Shown: piece after piece, positions 23,793-35,339 of the stretch | Numbering within the stretch: the first letter of the stretch is position 1 | Layout: every line of letters begins with the position of its first letter | Assembly: GCA_002269645.1 (NCBI GenBank) | Contig: NIVC01004432.1 | Coordinates: 1 to 46,151 of the forward strand | DNA length: 46,151 nucleotides | Origin: Macrostomum lignano | Taxonomy: Eukaryota | Direction of reading: 5' to 3' | The notes under the pieces: generated by a model | Told to the model about the DNA's origin: nothing | What the model saw: only the letters and a program-made list of their open reading frames with translations | Databases searched by the model: none | Translations under genes and position numbers: made by a program

Positions 23793-25107
23793 ATTTCAAA
23801 CAATGAAACAATCAATTTGGAAGTGGGGCAAATATTCAAAAAATCATTTTTTATACTCTCAATGTTTGAATTTGGAATTTGAATGCCCCCATGGGTTAAT
23901 GTGCTAGGCCTAGTTTTATCCTTAAATTAGACCTTGGGGCTTGGATATAAGTTTGTAGGGGGGCCTATTCTAGCCTAGCACTAGCAAAAAGTCTAAGCTA
24001 GGTTATTTATTAATTATATAATAGGCCTATGGATATTATATAATATATAAACTATTTAAATTGCATCTTAAAATTGGACCATCAATGCAATTTTGCATCT
24101 TAGTGCCCACAAAAGAACTTAGTCATAGTCATAAACAATTTTATTTGTCAATATACCCAGAGCACAAGAGCCTAACTAACTAAAGAGCTTGGAATCAGAG
24201 TCAGAGTAAAATAAATAAATAAGACTCAACCAAAACTAAAGTAGACTTAGGCAAAAAAGCTAAAGATGCTATAACATATAAAAGTACATATTTTTAAGGT
24301 ATCAACTATCAAGCCAAGTCAATATAAACATATAATATATAATATATAATATAATATAATATATAAACGAATCTAGTCAATATAAACATAAACATATTGC
24401 TTTTTTGTCAGTTTGGATATCTTTCAATCTAAGTTTTTGGCAAACATTTTATAAAAATTAGAAAATAAGAATTAATTTATCAATCTAGTCTAAATACAAA
24501 GATACTAGGCCTAAGATAGACTTAGGCCTGCCTATCTATTTCTAGCATCTTTAGGCCTACCCCTTTGAATCTCGATCTCCTATACCTAGATAAAATATAT
24601 CACTATTATTCAATTTCTAGTAGCATACTTGCACTTGGCCAACACAAATATTAATATGCCTTAGCTTTGGGTCTTTGACTTTGAAAAAAAGCTTGAAATT
24701 AAGCTATTTTTACTTAGTTATCAATCTGTTATCTGTTATATTGCCTATTTCGACTAGAGCTACTTTAAGTTCAAGACAATGCCTAATTTTTTTTCAAAAC
24801 ATAACCTAACTTAGGCCTACTAACCCAGATTCTACTAGAATATATTACTGTTATTGGACAATTCAAGCAAAACAATATATACTACGCCCTAGACCTACTA
24901 CACTATGCCTAAAATTTAAATTTAGAACTTGAAGGAAAGATGCATGCCTTCTTTTTGTTAAACTTGTAGGTCTAAATCTACATTTTGACTACAAATTAGA
25001 CAGTAGAGGTCCTATTAGGCAGTGTAGGTTGTAACAAAATTCCATTAATGAATTTTACCAGGAGCCAGGGCCAGAGCAGATGTAACTATCAAGCCAGCTG
25101 TTCGTTA

Positions 25108-25307
25108 TGATGCAAGGATAAAGAAAAAAGTATTATACGCATATTTACTCAAGACTTTTATTTTTCGTCTTTGTTTTCAAAGATTTTTTTAGTTTTCTGT
25201 TTTTTACTATGGTCACACGAAATTATTTGTTTTTTCTCTTGCTAGTGATCGTTCAAACCTCTACAAAAACACGTGACACTTGAAACAACTGATCGTTGTA
25301 TATAAAT
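25108..25307 (+). promoter_or_regulatory. Candidate 4E-BP promoter: TGATGCAAG (25108-25116), CACGTGAC (25270-25277), TATATAAAT (25299-25307)
   Basis: Motif matches ~0.85-1.0 kb upstream of the 4E-BP ATG. A splice-acceptor-like AG at 26100/26109 suggests a 5'UTR intron. Confidence 0.45.
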
Positions 25308-26142
25308 CCGGCTCATGAACAACGAAGGTAGTGGTAGCAGATAATCTCTGTTTTAGTTGTTGCTTCTCTTCTAAGCTTTCTACTTAATCGCTTATCTTGA
25401 AGGCTACTTCATAAATTTTTTTTGCATTTTTAAAGCTTACCAATGGCATTTTTTTAGTTTGATTATATTAAAACTAATAGGCCTATAATTTTGGACTATA
25501 TAAGAGTAATAAGACTACTATTACAATTACAATACGATATAGTATTGGCTAGAAAATATGTCTTTTTAAACTTTAGTCAAAATTTAGCTCATGCTTTTAT
25601 CTTAAAATCTACTACAGTGATAGTTTTAGACTTTTTTATTTTATTTTGAGTAGGCCAATATTATTGTACATTTTTAGTATTAAAGATATTTTCTCTGTGA
25701 GTGAGACAACTGGCCTAGCCTTCTTTGGCTTGGCTTAGCCTTGCTATTGCAAACTCAGATTGCTTAGATTAGATTATGCATTGTTTTTTTAATGTATAAT
25801 ATAAGTCAAAGATCATTATACCATGCCCATGGTCTAATTATCAGATATTGCCTTAATCAATAAATAAAAATTAAGAATTATAATGCATAGGGGCCTATTT
25901 AATAAATGTTATTCCTTTTTCAAGTCTTATTTTTTTACTTTTCTAAAAACTTTTATATCTGGACATTTTAAACATTAATAGGCATAGGCCTACTATAATT
26001 TATTTATTACTATGTTTATTGCAATCTTTGCTAATTAATAATCCTAAAATCTAATGCATGGTTTTCAAGCAATAATTGTCATTTGCTGGATATTGCTCAG
26101 CTCTTCTAGAAGCCAATTCTACAAACCAATAAAAAAGTAGCA

Positions 26143-26478
26143 ATGAGTGTTGCAGGTCAAGCTAATGGCATCCCAGTCAGGCGTGTGCGTCTCACCAGTA
26201 CCTCACAGATGCCACGTGATTATTCTCAAACACCTGGTGGTACCATCTTTAGTACCACCCCAGGTGGCACTCGCATTATCTATGATAGAGATTTTCTAAT
26301 CAGCCGTCGTGACAGCCCCTTGGCCAAGACTCCGCCAGCCAACCTGCCCCGCATCCCTGGAGTCACCTGTCCTGAGGAGGAGAAAGAGAACAATAACAAT
26401 AAAAAAAATAGTGACAAGCCTACAACTCAGAAGCAGCCAGAGACTGCCAGCAGCACCGAGTTTGAAATGGACATCTGA
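26143..26478 (+). CDS. EIF4EBP: eIF4E-binding protein (4E-BP/Thor), 111 aa, intronless CDS
   Basis: [27 protein letters not shown] with the YxxxxL-phi motif, SP/TP phosphosites and the C-terminal TOS motif FEMDI. Confidence 0.97.
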   Translation: MSVAGQANGIPVRRVRLTSTSQMPRDYSQTPGGTIFSTTPGGTRIIYDRDFLISRRDSPLAKTPPANLPRIPGVTCPEEEKENNNNKKNSDKPTTQKQPETASSTEFEMDI

Positions 26479-29400
26479 GAGCCAGCCAGTCAGTGCAGCC
26501 TTAAGACTCTAGAACTAACCAACTAGCGTGTCTGGCCCTGCTACATGATATGCTTCTCCTAACCTGAAACTTCCTTTTTTCCATGATCCGCAATCCTGTC
26601 AGTGACAGGGAGAATTGCTTTATTTTGATCACTTAAAAACAGTCAGGTTATGCCAATCAGAGGCTGGACTAATTTTTTTAGTGGGATGGAGGTCAGCCAA
26701 CCTCCTTGACCCCCAACCCCCCCTTGGATCCACCTGTTTTCCCAATCATAAACAAGATCTTTTCTAAAGCCGAAATCTAACTTGGGACTAACTACTTGGG
26801 ATTTTTATCGCCCAAAATTTACTGGCTTGCTTAGTGGAAAAGAAGGCAGGAGTGCCATTGAAGTGGCTCCTTGGTAATGATTATAACATTTATTAATCTT
26901 AGAAACTCTCCTGTTTCAGTTTCACTGTTTGTCCGTTGTCATTCTTTATTGGTCGGCTACTTTTGCTAGGCCTTTTTGTAAGTTAAAATTTGTAAAATAA
27001 TATAATTATTTGCCTTTGCTGCTTATATAAATAAGTAATTTTTTCAGTTTTTATTAGCATTGTCAGCATGGTCTGAATTTGGTTTGTTGGCGGTTGCTTC
27101 GTTAAAGTTAAACTGTTTTGTATTTCCCATCCTCCCAATCAGCCTCTGTGCTTCATCCTGGTGAATTAAGTCATTGTTTATTTTATAAAAAGCCAGTGTC
27201 ATTAACTACTGAATAACTTAAGTTACATTTCATATCATATCTCTATTTTCATTTTTCTTCTGAGCTGTAATCCCGTATAACATTGCTAAATAATGTAAAT
27301 TCGTTTAAAGGCATTTTTGCTGACAAATTCTGTTTGACTTTGCCAATTGAGTTTGTTAATTTGGGGACCACAGCGGCATTTGGTCTGTCTGTTGCTTGTT
27401 ATCTGTTATGAGGGGTCATCGTGGGTTTTTTGGCAAAGTTGAACCCTCTAATTACTGTCAGGAGTCGAGCCTCCCATTTTATCCATTCGAACTTTCGTTT
27501 ATGTTGACCGTTGAGGAACCATGTGTGTTTTTGCCTATCGCGAGTTCCCCCATTTTCGTGAGATAAGAGGAAAATAAAATGAAAAAAAGAGAAATAAATT
27601 ACTGACATTCTCTTCCCGCTAAGCCTTCAGCTGAATTTGCTGGGAAAAACAAATGCAAATTAGATAAAGATTTTGAGTTTTTTCTTTCAGTGTAGAATAA
27701 TGCTGAAGGTAGATTGTGTGTCTGTGTTTCCAGGGTTCAACTTAATCAAGATAAGAAATCTGACAGGCTAATTGGTTGGCTTTCTAGTAGATTTAAAAGT
27801 ACATTGTTGCTGACTTGTTCATTAATACTTGGACGCTGAGTCAGCTAGTGTCTGTCAGCAAACTAGTTCAAGTATGAAATGCAACTTCAGAAATGGAATT
27901 CAAATTTGGGTTCATGTTGCTTCAGCGTTCTCCAGCAGCTTTCTAAGCTAAGCCCTGTTAATTTTCGAGACGCGTGTATCAGTTCCTTGGCTCTTTTTTC
28001 TATGCCAAATGCAAGCAAGGAATTTCGCAGTGCGTCGGATTTCAAGTCCAGGGTCCTCCCTGCGGATTGGGGCTTTTTTTTCTACTTTCTTCGAAAGACC
28101 GGAAACAATAAATATTTAGCTTGTGTTTTGAGTTAGGTTGAGCAGGCCAAGTCAGAGATCCCATGTACAGTAAGGGAACACGTTACTCCGCACTGCATAG
28201 CGTGTGAACACGAGCGGTTTGCATGACTGAAAAATGACGAAATCTTTTCCGGATCTCGAGGACAGGGCAGCGGGGGGCGGATCTGTCGAGGCTCAAGTCG
28301 TTTATTGACGATCGAAGTGGACAAATCCAACCAAACCCTCTGTGCGGTGCCTGGGAGCCAGGAAATGCCAGGGTCACGCGTGCCTGGACCGGGAAGAAGT
28401 TTTGACAGTTTACTGTTGGAGGACAAAGCCGCACTGTCGTGTGCGTCAAAGTATACCCTCTGCAAGTGTGCATGCTAATTATCCCAACTCCAATCAGCTC
28501 CATTGCAATCCGGATGTCACACGAGCAGCTGTACGCGTACGTGACTCATCCATCTATGACGTGTTTCCTCTGTGTTGCGTTGGAGGAACCTGCAAGTTCA
28601 ACTAGACTTTTAGTTTTATTTACACAGTTTCTACATATATAGGGGCTCTTAATTAGGCTTCATTGTAAGCAGTGCCGAATTCTGGGTTCGCTTTGATGGT
28701 GGGGGCGGCAAATTCGTTTGGGGGCGCCCTTTAGGGAGGTACTGTCTTTTAGGGGGGGGGGGTCACTGTCTTAGGGAGGCCCTGTTCTTTGGGGGGTCCA
28801 CTCTTTTAGGAGGGCGCTGTCCTATGAAGGAGTCACTCTTTCAGGGGGCGCTGTCCTTTGGGGGGTCACACGTTTAGGGAGGCCCTTGTCCTTTGGATTT
28901 CGCTGTCCTGAAGCCGCTGCCCTGGGGATAATGTCCTGGGGATAGTATAGATGTTTATCGCCATTTGGGTTGTTAATGTTTCCGGGTGCATTTGTCCCTG
29001 ATTCTGATTATACATGCAGTGAGCTGTTGAGAACAGCGTCTATGTGTATTGCATTGTAGTTACAATACTTTGTACACTAAATTAGCATTTTATCATTTAT
29101 GGTTTCGCTTTTGAGTCGAAAGAAAATCTTGCAGAAGAGTGTATTGCAGCATTCATCATCGTCTCTAGTAATTTTCCAACCATCAACAATTGTGTATAAT
29201 GAGTTCAAACGGCTTTTGGCTTAACTGAAGGACAAGAGACACTGCGTAGGTAGAGAGAGCTGAGGGACTGCATGCAAGGAGTATTTTCCTTTGTGTCAGG
29301 TGAGAGCAACAGAAATGGTGTGTTTTCCTCCTGCCTTACCCTTATTGTTAATAAGCGCGCGTACTGTGCACGCAGCAGCAAATACAAATGTGCAGCCAAC

Positions 29401-31290
29401 GGTTTGAATAAGCATACAGATTGGGCCTGTACCCAAGTACGCACGATCGTTCTCGGCCATTCCCCCCGTATGGCCTGACATTTTGCAGCAGAGCAACTTT
29501 GCTTCACGTGGCTCAACAAACTGCAGCCCACCTTCCTACCCCCCCAACCTAACTTTCGTTTCACTTTCTGGTCAGCTGATTTCGCTGTAAAATAGCACTA
29601 GGATTGAACTAAGGGACTGCTTTGGCTCTCTCTCTAGGTCTAGGGGCCATTGGGGTTGCTGCCTGGACCGTTTCTTGTGCAGTCCCCCCGCTGTCTAATA
29701 GCTGTGAGCGCACCGCGTGAAGCCGGAGGGGGGACTGACAGATTTTGCGTTCAACTTTTCTAATCGGTAGTTGCTGCACGTGACTCGTTGCAGAAGTATT
29801 TTTGTTTCGTCAGATTCGCATTCGGGCTGGGAAAGATCAGCAGACGAATTCGCATATTCATACAATGTAAAGAATATTAGCTATAATTATTTTTGGAAAT
29901 TTACTATGAAAAAAAACACTGCTTAATTTTTGTTGTAAACAGCCTGGTCTGCAGAGGAGTGGAGTGATCTGAGCCAAATTTGGCACTGACACTCACTGCC
30001 GAGTTCGCAGTGCGCGGGTAATTTATTATTTCAGACATTCGCGGTAGTAGAAGGTCAAGCGTTATTTTTACCGATGATGATATATGGAGCGCTAATTTTA
30101 ATGTTGCAATTAAAATTTGCCACTTATGAAAAAAGTGGCTTATGTGTTTCATGTGCATGCCATAATCTTAATTGAATATCATGCATGTAATTTCTCGTAG
30201 TATAATTATGAACTCAAAATAATTAATTTATTTGCGTGAATAATCGAGTCCTATACATGTAATTACTTAATTTAGGCAAAATATATCCATGTTACATGTT
30301 ATTACATGCAGTTACATGTACAGTTACAAGACTGCATGTTGCATTTCATGATGAAGTTTGCCCAATCCCATTTATGAGTATGAAGATCCGATAGCATCCG
30401 CGAGTATGTATAATCAATTATCTTTATATCGATCTAAAAATTAAGCCTTTGATTATGCTTAAATTTGGTTGTACATGTAACTTACAGTACACATGCATAT
30501 TGTATTAATAAAGGACTCTTAAAATTATATAAAGCGCTCGTCCAGTTTTCATCAAGGTTACCTACTGTTAGTAACATTGTGCGATTAGTTTTACCTGTTT
30601 TTTGAACATATCTCCAGTTGTTTTTTATAGGTTCAGTTGCCATGAGCCATCATACCACTAGAAGTTCCCGTTGTAACTTCCTAGTGGTCCTTGGCCATAA
30701 TGCCGTGGATTGGCCTACATGTATGTGATGTACGCATTAAGGGTCGGGACACTATAAATGCGCATGCTGTTTTAATGCAAGGGATCGTCTAGCTTATGTT
30801 GAAGCTGTTCGGGAAGCTCGAGAAAGTCGAGGATCGTAAGGTGTTTCAGCTTGCATTGAAAGGTATACCGTAGAATATTTCAGTTGTGTTTGTTAAGTAG
30901 CAGTCCTTGCGAATATTTTTTGGCTTACGTCCGTTTCCGATAGTAATTGTGACTGGTACGACTGGTACGGGGCAGCAGTGGTCGGAACGTTAACGCAGCA
31001 CACGCGCGGAAAGGCAATCAAGTACACAATTATCGCGTGCATCTGATTCCTAATTGACCGGGCTTTTTTAATGTGGACTATATTTTGTGATTTGGTTTAG
31101 CAAGCATTGTGTACTAGTGCATTTATTTTTTAGGAAGATATGTACATGTAGCTGGTAAAGTACCATCTATATACCATCTTTTTTCATTGGACATTATACT
31201 AACAGATAATAGATAAATTACATACATGTATGTCGTCTTCAAACCTCTGTCGATTGCAGTTGCCTAAATAGGACCAAATTAAATTTGTTG

Positions 31291-31491
31291 TGTGGCGAGT
31301 TGAGCCACATAAAGTTTATTTGAAGTAGCAGGGTGGAGGCGCGCGAGACAAAAGTCTAAAGTTATATAGGCCAGCGGTGTACACTGGGCAGCCAATCAAC
31401 GCACAGCGACCATGCACATGGCGCCGACCTCCCCGGCCGGGGTTGGGGGTGGCTGCTGGAGCGCATACGCGCGTGTGGCGTGACCACCACA
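31291..31491 (-). repeat. 3' LTR (201 bp)
   Basis: Direct repeat of 35340-35539, preceded on the minus strand by the PPT GGGGGAG (31495-31501). Confidence 0.96.
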
Positions 31492-34400
31492 TGGCTCCCC
31501 CAGCGCTGGCCTGGACCGAAACCGCGTCGGGCGGCACCGGCGAGGCGGAAGCTGGCGGCGACCAGACGCTGGAGGCCGGGTCGCTTGCACTGGTGGGAGG
31601 CGCGTCGGTGGGAGCCCCGGCGGCGCTTGCGGGTGCGCAGCTGCAAACGGAGGGTCTCCACCACGTGGCAGTTGTGGCCGGCCGTCCAGGCGGGGGCGGC
31701 CTTGTGGCCGCAGAGCCGGAGCCGGAATCGCCTCGCCGAGATCGAGCGCCGCAGGCTTGAGTCTGTCCACTGCCACGTGATCCTGCCGCGTGCCCAGGTC
31801 GAGGCGGAAGGTCTTGTCTCCGCGCTCAAGGACCTTGAAGGGCCCGAAGTACGGCCGCTGCAGAGATGGCCGGTGGCCGTCGCGGCGGATGAAGACGTGC
31901 GTGCAGGACTCCAGGGCAGCAGGCACGGAGGCAGCGACGCGGCCATGACGCGAGGTTGGATCGGGCGGCCGGAACGATTGTACCGCGCTGCGTAGCCGGG
32001 CCAGGAACTGGTCGTAAGAGCCCTCGGGTGGCGCGGCCTGCAGGCATTCTCCCGGTACCGTCAGCGGGGCGCCGTAGACCAGCTCGGCCGAGGAGGCGCC
32101 GATGTCCTCCTTGGGAGCCGTGCGGATGCCCAGCAACGCCCAGGGCAGCTCGTCGGTCCAAGTCGGTCCGGTCAGGCGCGCCATCAGGGAAGCGTTCCAC
32201 CAGGCCGTTAGCCTGTGGGTGAAAAGCGGTGGTGTGGTGCAGCCGCGGTCGGACGTGACGTCACTGGGCACGCCGAAGCGGGCGATCCAACCGGCGATGA
32301 AAGCGGACGCGTAGGAGGCAGCGGAAGTGTCGGCCAAGGGGAAAGCCTCCGGCCAGCGGGAGAACCTGTCGACGACGGTCAGCAGGTGCGTGAAGCCGCG
32401 GGACTGCGGCAGCGGTCCGACAAGGTCGATGTGGACGTGCGCGAAACGGCTGCTGGGCACCCGGATGCTGGCGGGCGGGGCGGTCACGTGGCGCTGCACC
32501 TTAGCCGTCTGGCAGGCGATGCAGCTGCGAGCCCATTGGCCGACGTCCCTGTTGATTCCCGGCCACACGAACTTCTCGGACACTAGGCGCCGCGTACTGC
32601 GTACGGACGGGTGCGCCAGGCCGTGGACTGCGTCGAAAACGGCGCGGCGGAAGTCGGTGGGCACCAGCGGGCGCGGGCGGCCGGTCACGGTGTCGCAGAT
32701 GACCTCCAGGCCGGGACGCAACGTCACGCGCTCGAGCCGCAGGCCGGTGCCGGCGAGCGCGGGATCGTCTGCTCGCTGCGCGCGTGCCAGGGCCGCGTAG
32801 TCGATGCCGGGGAGCAGCGGCTGCACAGAGGCGATGGTGCAGTGGGACAGGGCGTCGGCCACCGGATTGTCCTTGCCCGCCACGTGCCGGATGTCGGTGG
32901 TGAACTCCGACACGTATGCGAGGTGCCGCTGCTGGCGCGCTGACCAGGGATCCGACAACTTGGCCATGGCCGCGACCAGGGGTTTGTGGTCGGTGTAGGC
33001 GGTGAAGATGCGGCCTTCCAAAAAGTAGCGGAAATGCCGCGTGGCCAGATAGAGAGCGAGTAACTCCCGGTCGAACGCGCTGTACTTTTGTTCAGCCGGT
33101 CGCAGTTGGCGGCTGAAGAAGGCGAGTGGCCGCCAGGCCTCGCCGAAACGCTGCTCCAGAACCGCCTCGATGGCGGTGTCCGAGGCGTCGACCGTCAGCG
33201 CCGTTAGGGCGTCGGGCTCCGGGTGCGCAAGCATGGTCGCGTCAACCAGGGCCTGCTTCGTGCTGTTGAAGGCGTCCGTCAGCTCCGGTGTCCACTGAAC
33301 GATCTTGTCCTTGCTGGCCAGGGCACCGTAGATGGGGCGCAGCAACTGGGCGGCCCGCGGCACGAACCGGTGATAGAAGTTCACCATGCCGGCAAACTCT
33401 TGCAGGCCCTTGACGGTCGCGGGCGGAGCGAATCGGGCGATGGCTTCGACTTTGTCTGGCAGCGGCATCGCGCCCCGGCTGTCGATGCGGTGGCCTAGAA
33501 AGTCGATTTCGCTGCGGCCAAACTGGCACTTGGCTGGATTGATGAGGAGGCCGTTGTCTGCCAGGCGCTGAAACAGCGTGCGCAGGTGCTCCAGATGCTG
33601 CTGAGGGCCGCTGCTCGCCACTAGGAAGTCGTCGATATAGGCGAACACGAAGTCCAAGCCCTGGCAGACCGTGTCAATCAGCCGTTGGAAGGCCTGGGCG
33701 GCGTTTTTGAGTCCGAATGGCATCCGGAGAAACTCGAACAGGCCGAATGGCGTGATGACGGTCGTCTTGGCGATGTCGGCCTCGGCAACCGGGATCTGGT
33801 GGTAGCCCCGCACCAGGTCGATCTTGGAGAAAATGTTGCACCCGGACAGCCGCGCAGAAAAGTCCTGAATGTGTGGCACCGGGTAGCGGTCGGGCACCGT
33901 GGCGTCGTTGAGCCGCCGGAAATCGCCGCAGGGCCGCCAACCCCCGGAGGCCTTTGGCACCATGTGCAGCGGCGACGACCAGGGGCTGCAGGACCGCCGC
34001 ACGATGCCCAGCTGCTCCAGGTTGCCGAGTTCCTCCTTGGCCACCGCCAGCTTGTCAGGCGGCAGGCGGCGCGCCCGGGCGTGGACAGGGGGGCCCGTCG
34101 TAGAAACATGATGTTGGACCCCGTGGAGCGGCCGGGCTTTCTGGAAACTCGGCTCCGTCAGCGTCGGGAACTCCGCGAGCAGCTGGCTGTACGGGTCCCC
34201 AGCGACGGCGGCGGCGAGCTGAGGTGCCAGGCCGGACCCGAGCAGCAGGTGGGAGCTGGACAGCGAGCTAGTGTCGAGCAGACGGCGGTTTGGCATGTCC
34301 ACCAGTAGGCCGAGGTGCCGCAGGAAGTCCGCGCCGATCAACGGCCGTGACAACTCGGCCAGGATGAACGGCCAGGTGCAGGCCTTGACGCCGAGGTCGA

Positions 34401-34626
34401 GCGTCAGCGTCCGGCTGCCGAACGTCCGGATCGGGCTGCCGTTGGCCGCGAAAAGCGGCGGGCCGGGTGTGTGCGAGCGGGCGTCTACCCCCGAGACAGG
34501 AAAAATGCTCACCTCAGCGCCGGTGTCGACCAAGAAGCGCCGGCCCGTGGCCACGTCGGGGATGAGCAGGAGGTTGTTGCTGCCGGCCGTCGAGGCGTTC
34601 ACTGACGGCCGGCCGGCCCGTTTCCC
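31396..34626 (-). CDS. pol: Gypsy pol (protease, RT, RNase H, integrase), expressed by -1 frameshift; integrase core damaged
   Basis: FLVDTGA (D at 34525-34527), YIDD (33628-33639), DAS...FDRELLA...TDHKPL, HHCC finger, [12 protein letters not shown]. Confidence 0.95.
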   Translation of the reverse strand, partial: GKRAGRPSVNASTAGSNNLLLIPDVATGRRFLVDTGAEVSIFPVSGVDARSHTPGPPLFAANGSPIRTFGSRTLTLDLGVKACTWPFILAELSRPLIGADFLRHLGLLVDMPNRRLLDTSSLSSSHLLLGSGLAPQLAAAVAGDPYSQLLAEFPTLTEPSFQKARPLHGVQHHVSTTGPPVHARARRLPPDKLAVAKEELGNLEQLGIVRRSCSPWSSPLHMVPKASGGWRPCGDFRRLNDATVPDRYPVPHIQDFSARLSGCNIFSKIDLVRGYHQIPVAEADIAKTTVITPFGLFEFLRMPFGLKNAAQAFQRLIDTVCQGLDFVFAYIDDFLVASSGPQQHLEHLRTLFQRLADNGLLINPAKCQFGRSEIDFLGHRIDSRGAMPLPDKVEAIARFAPPATVKGLQEFAGMVNFYHRFVPRAAQLLRPIYGALASKDKIVQWTPELTDAFNSTKQALVDATMLAHPEPDALTALTVDASDTAIEAVLEQRFGEAWRPLAFFSRQLRPAEQKYSAFDRELLALYLATRHFRYFLEGRIFTAYTDHKPLVAAMAKLSDPWSARQQRHLAYVSEFTTDIRHVAGKDNPVADALSHCTIASVQPLLPGIDYAALARAQRADDPALAGTGLRLERVTLRPGLEVICDTVTGRPRPLVPTDFRRAVFDAVHGLAHPSVRSTRRLVSEKFVWPGINRDVGQWARSCIACQTAKVQRHVTAPPASIRVPSSRFAHVHIDLVGPLPQSRGFTHLLTVVDRFSRWPEAFPLADTSAASYASAFIAGWIARFGVPSDVTSDRGCTTPPLFTHRLTAWWNASLMARLTGPTWTDELPWALLGIRTAPKEDIGASSAELVYGAPLTVPGECLQAAPPEGSYDQFLARLRSAVQSFRPPDPTSRHGRVAASVPAALESCTHVFIRRDGHRPSLQRPYFGPFKVLERGDKTFRLDLGTRQDHVAVDRLKPAALDLGEAIPAPALRPQGRPRLDGRPQLPRGGDPPFAAAHPQAPPGLPPTRLPPVQATRPPASGRRQLPPRRCRPTRFRSRPALGEPCGGHATRAYALQQPPPTPAGEVGAMCMVAVR
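34582..34626 (-). promoter_or_regulatory. -1 ribosomal frameshift signal: G GGA AAC + 6-nt spacer + 10-bp GC stem-loop
   Basis: Heptamer 34626-34620 in the gag frame, arms GCCGGCCGTC / GACGGCCGGC, pol in the -1 frame. Confidence 0.85.
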
Positions 34627-35291
34627 GAGAACTGGCAGGGCGGCTCGCAACGCCGGGCCTTGGCGCCGAACTTCCGGTGGAAGAAACAGATGAGGCCGTC
34701 GGCCTCCCTCGGCTGGTGCTGCTTCGGCTTGGCGCAAGCCGGGCGGGCGGTGGCAGCAACTACCGGCGGGTGCTCTGGCGGCAGGGTGGCGGTGGCCGCG
34801 GGCTGTGCCCTGCTCGCCCAGAGTTCATCCGCGAGTCAAGCAACTGCGCGCGGGTCAGCGAAATCCACGGAGACGAGTGCCATGCAAATGTCGGCCGGCA
34901 TCTGCTGGCGGAAAAGCTCCTCGAAGAGCATGCAGGGCCGATGGTTGCCGAGCAGGGCCAGCATCTCGTCCATGAGCTCGGACGGGCGGCGGTCACCGAG
35001 GCCGGCCAGGTTGAGCAGCCGGCTGGCACGCTGTTGCTGTGTCAGGCCGAATGTGCCGAGGAGGCGGGCCTTGAGAGTATAGTACTTATTCTCAGCCGGC
35101 GGTGTCTCAAGCACGTCCAGCAGGCGCTCGGCTGACTGCTGGTCCAGCGCGGCTACGAGGTGAAAGTATTTGGTAGCATCTTGCGTGATGTTGCGGAGGA
35201 CGAATTGCGCCTCTGCCTGGATGAACCAGGCGCGAGGCTGGCTGGCCCAGAACGTGGGCAGCTTGAGGGCTACCGCAGACTCAGTTGACAT
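34599..35291 (-). pseudogene. gag: Gypsy gag, 230 codons, with an in-frame TGA at 34836-34838
   Basis: VALKLPTFW...WFIQAEAQF start. The frame continues past the TGA as LADELW...[18 protein letters not shown]...GRQ-stop. Confidence 0.9.
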
Positions 35292-35324
35292 ACTGAGGAG
35301 TTATTCTCAAACAGGCGGTTGAGA

Positions 35325-35337
35325 GTCGGGCTGACCA
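35325..35337 (-). promoter_or_regulatory. Primer binding site TGGTCAGCCCGAC
   Basis: Starts with TGG, 2 nt after the 5' LTR. Matches the tRNA-Trp-type PBS TGGTGACCCCGAC at 11/13. Confidence 0.75.
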
Positions 35338-35339
35338 AA

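Noticed and set aside
27399-30158. Short ORFs of 66-119 aa between 4E-BP and the retroelement
   Set aside because: They have no recognisable domains, codon bias or consistent splice structure.
30654-30688. 13-bp hairpin ACCACTAG-AAGTT/AACTTCCTAGTGGT as a Helitron end
   Set aside because: The CTAG lies within the stem rather than ~11 nt downstream, and no 5' TC end was found.
31362-35135. Many plus-strand and alternate-frame ORFs over the retroelement
   Set aside because: They are shadow ORFs of GC-rich coding DNA with no independent motifs.
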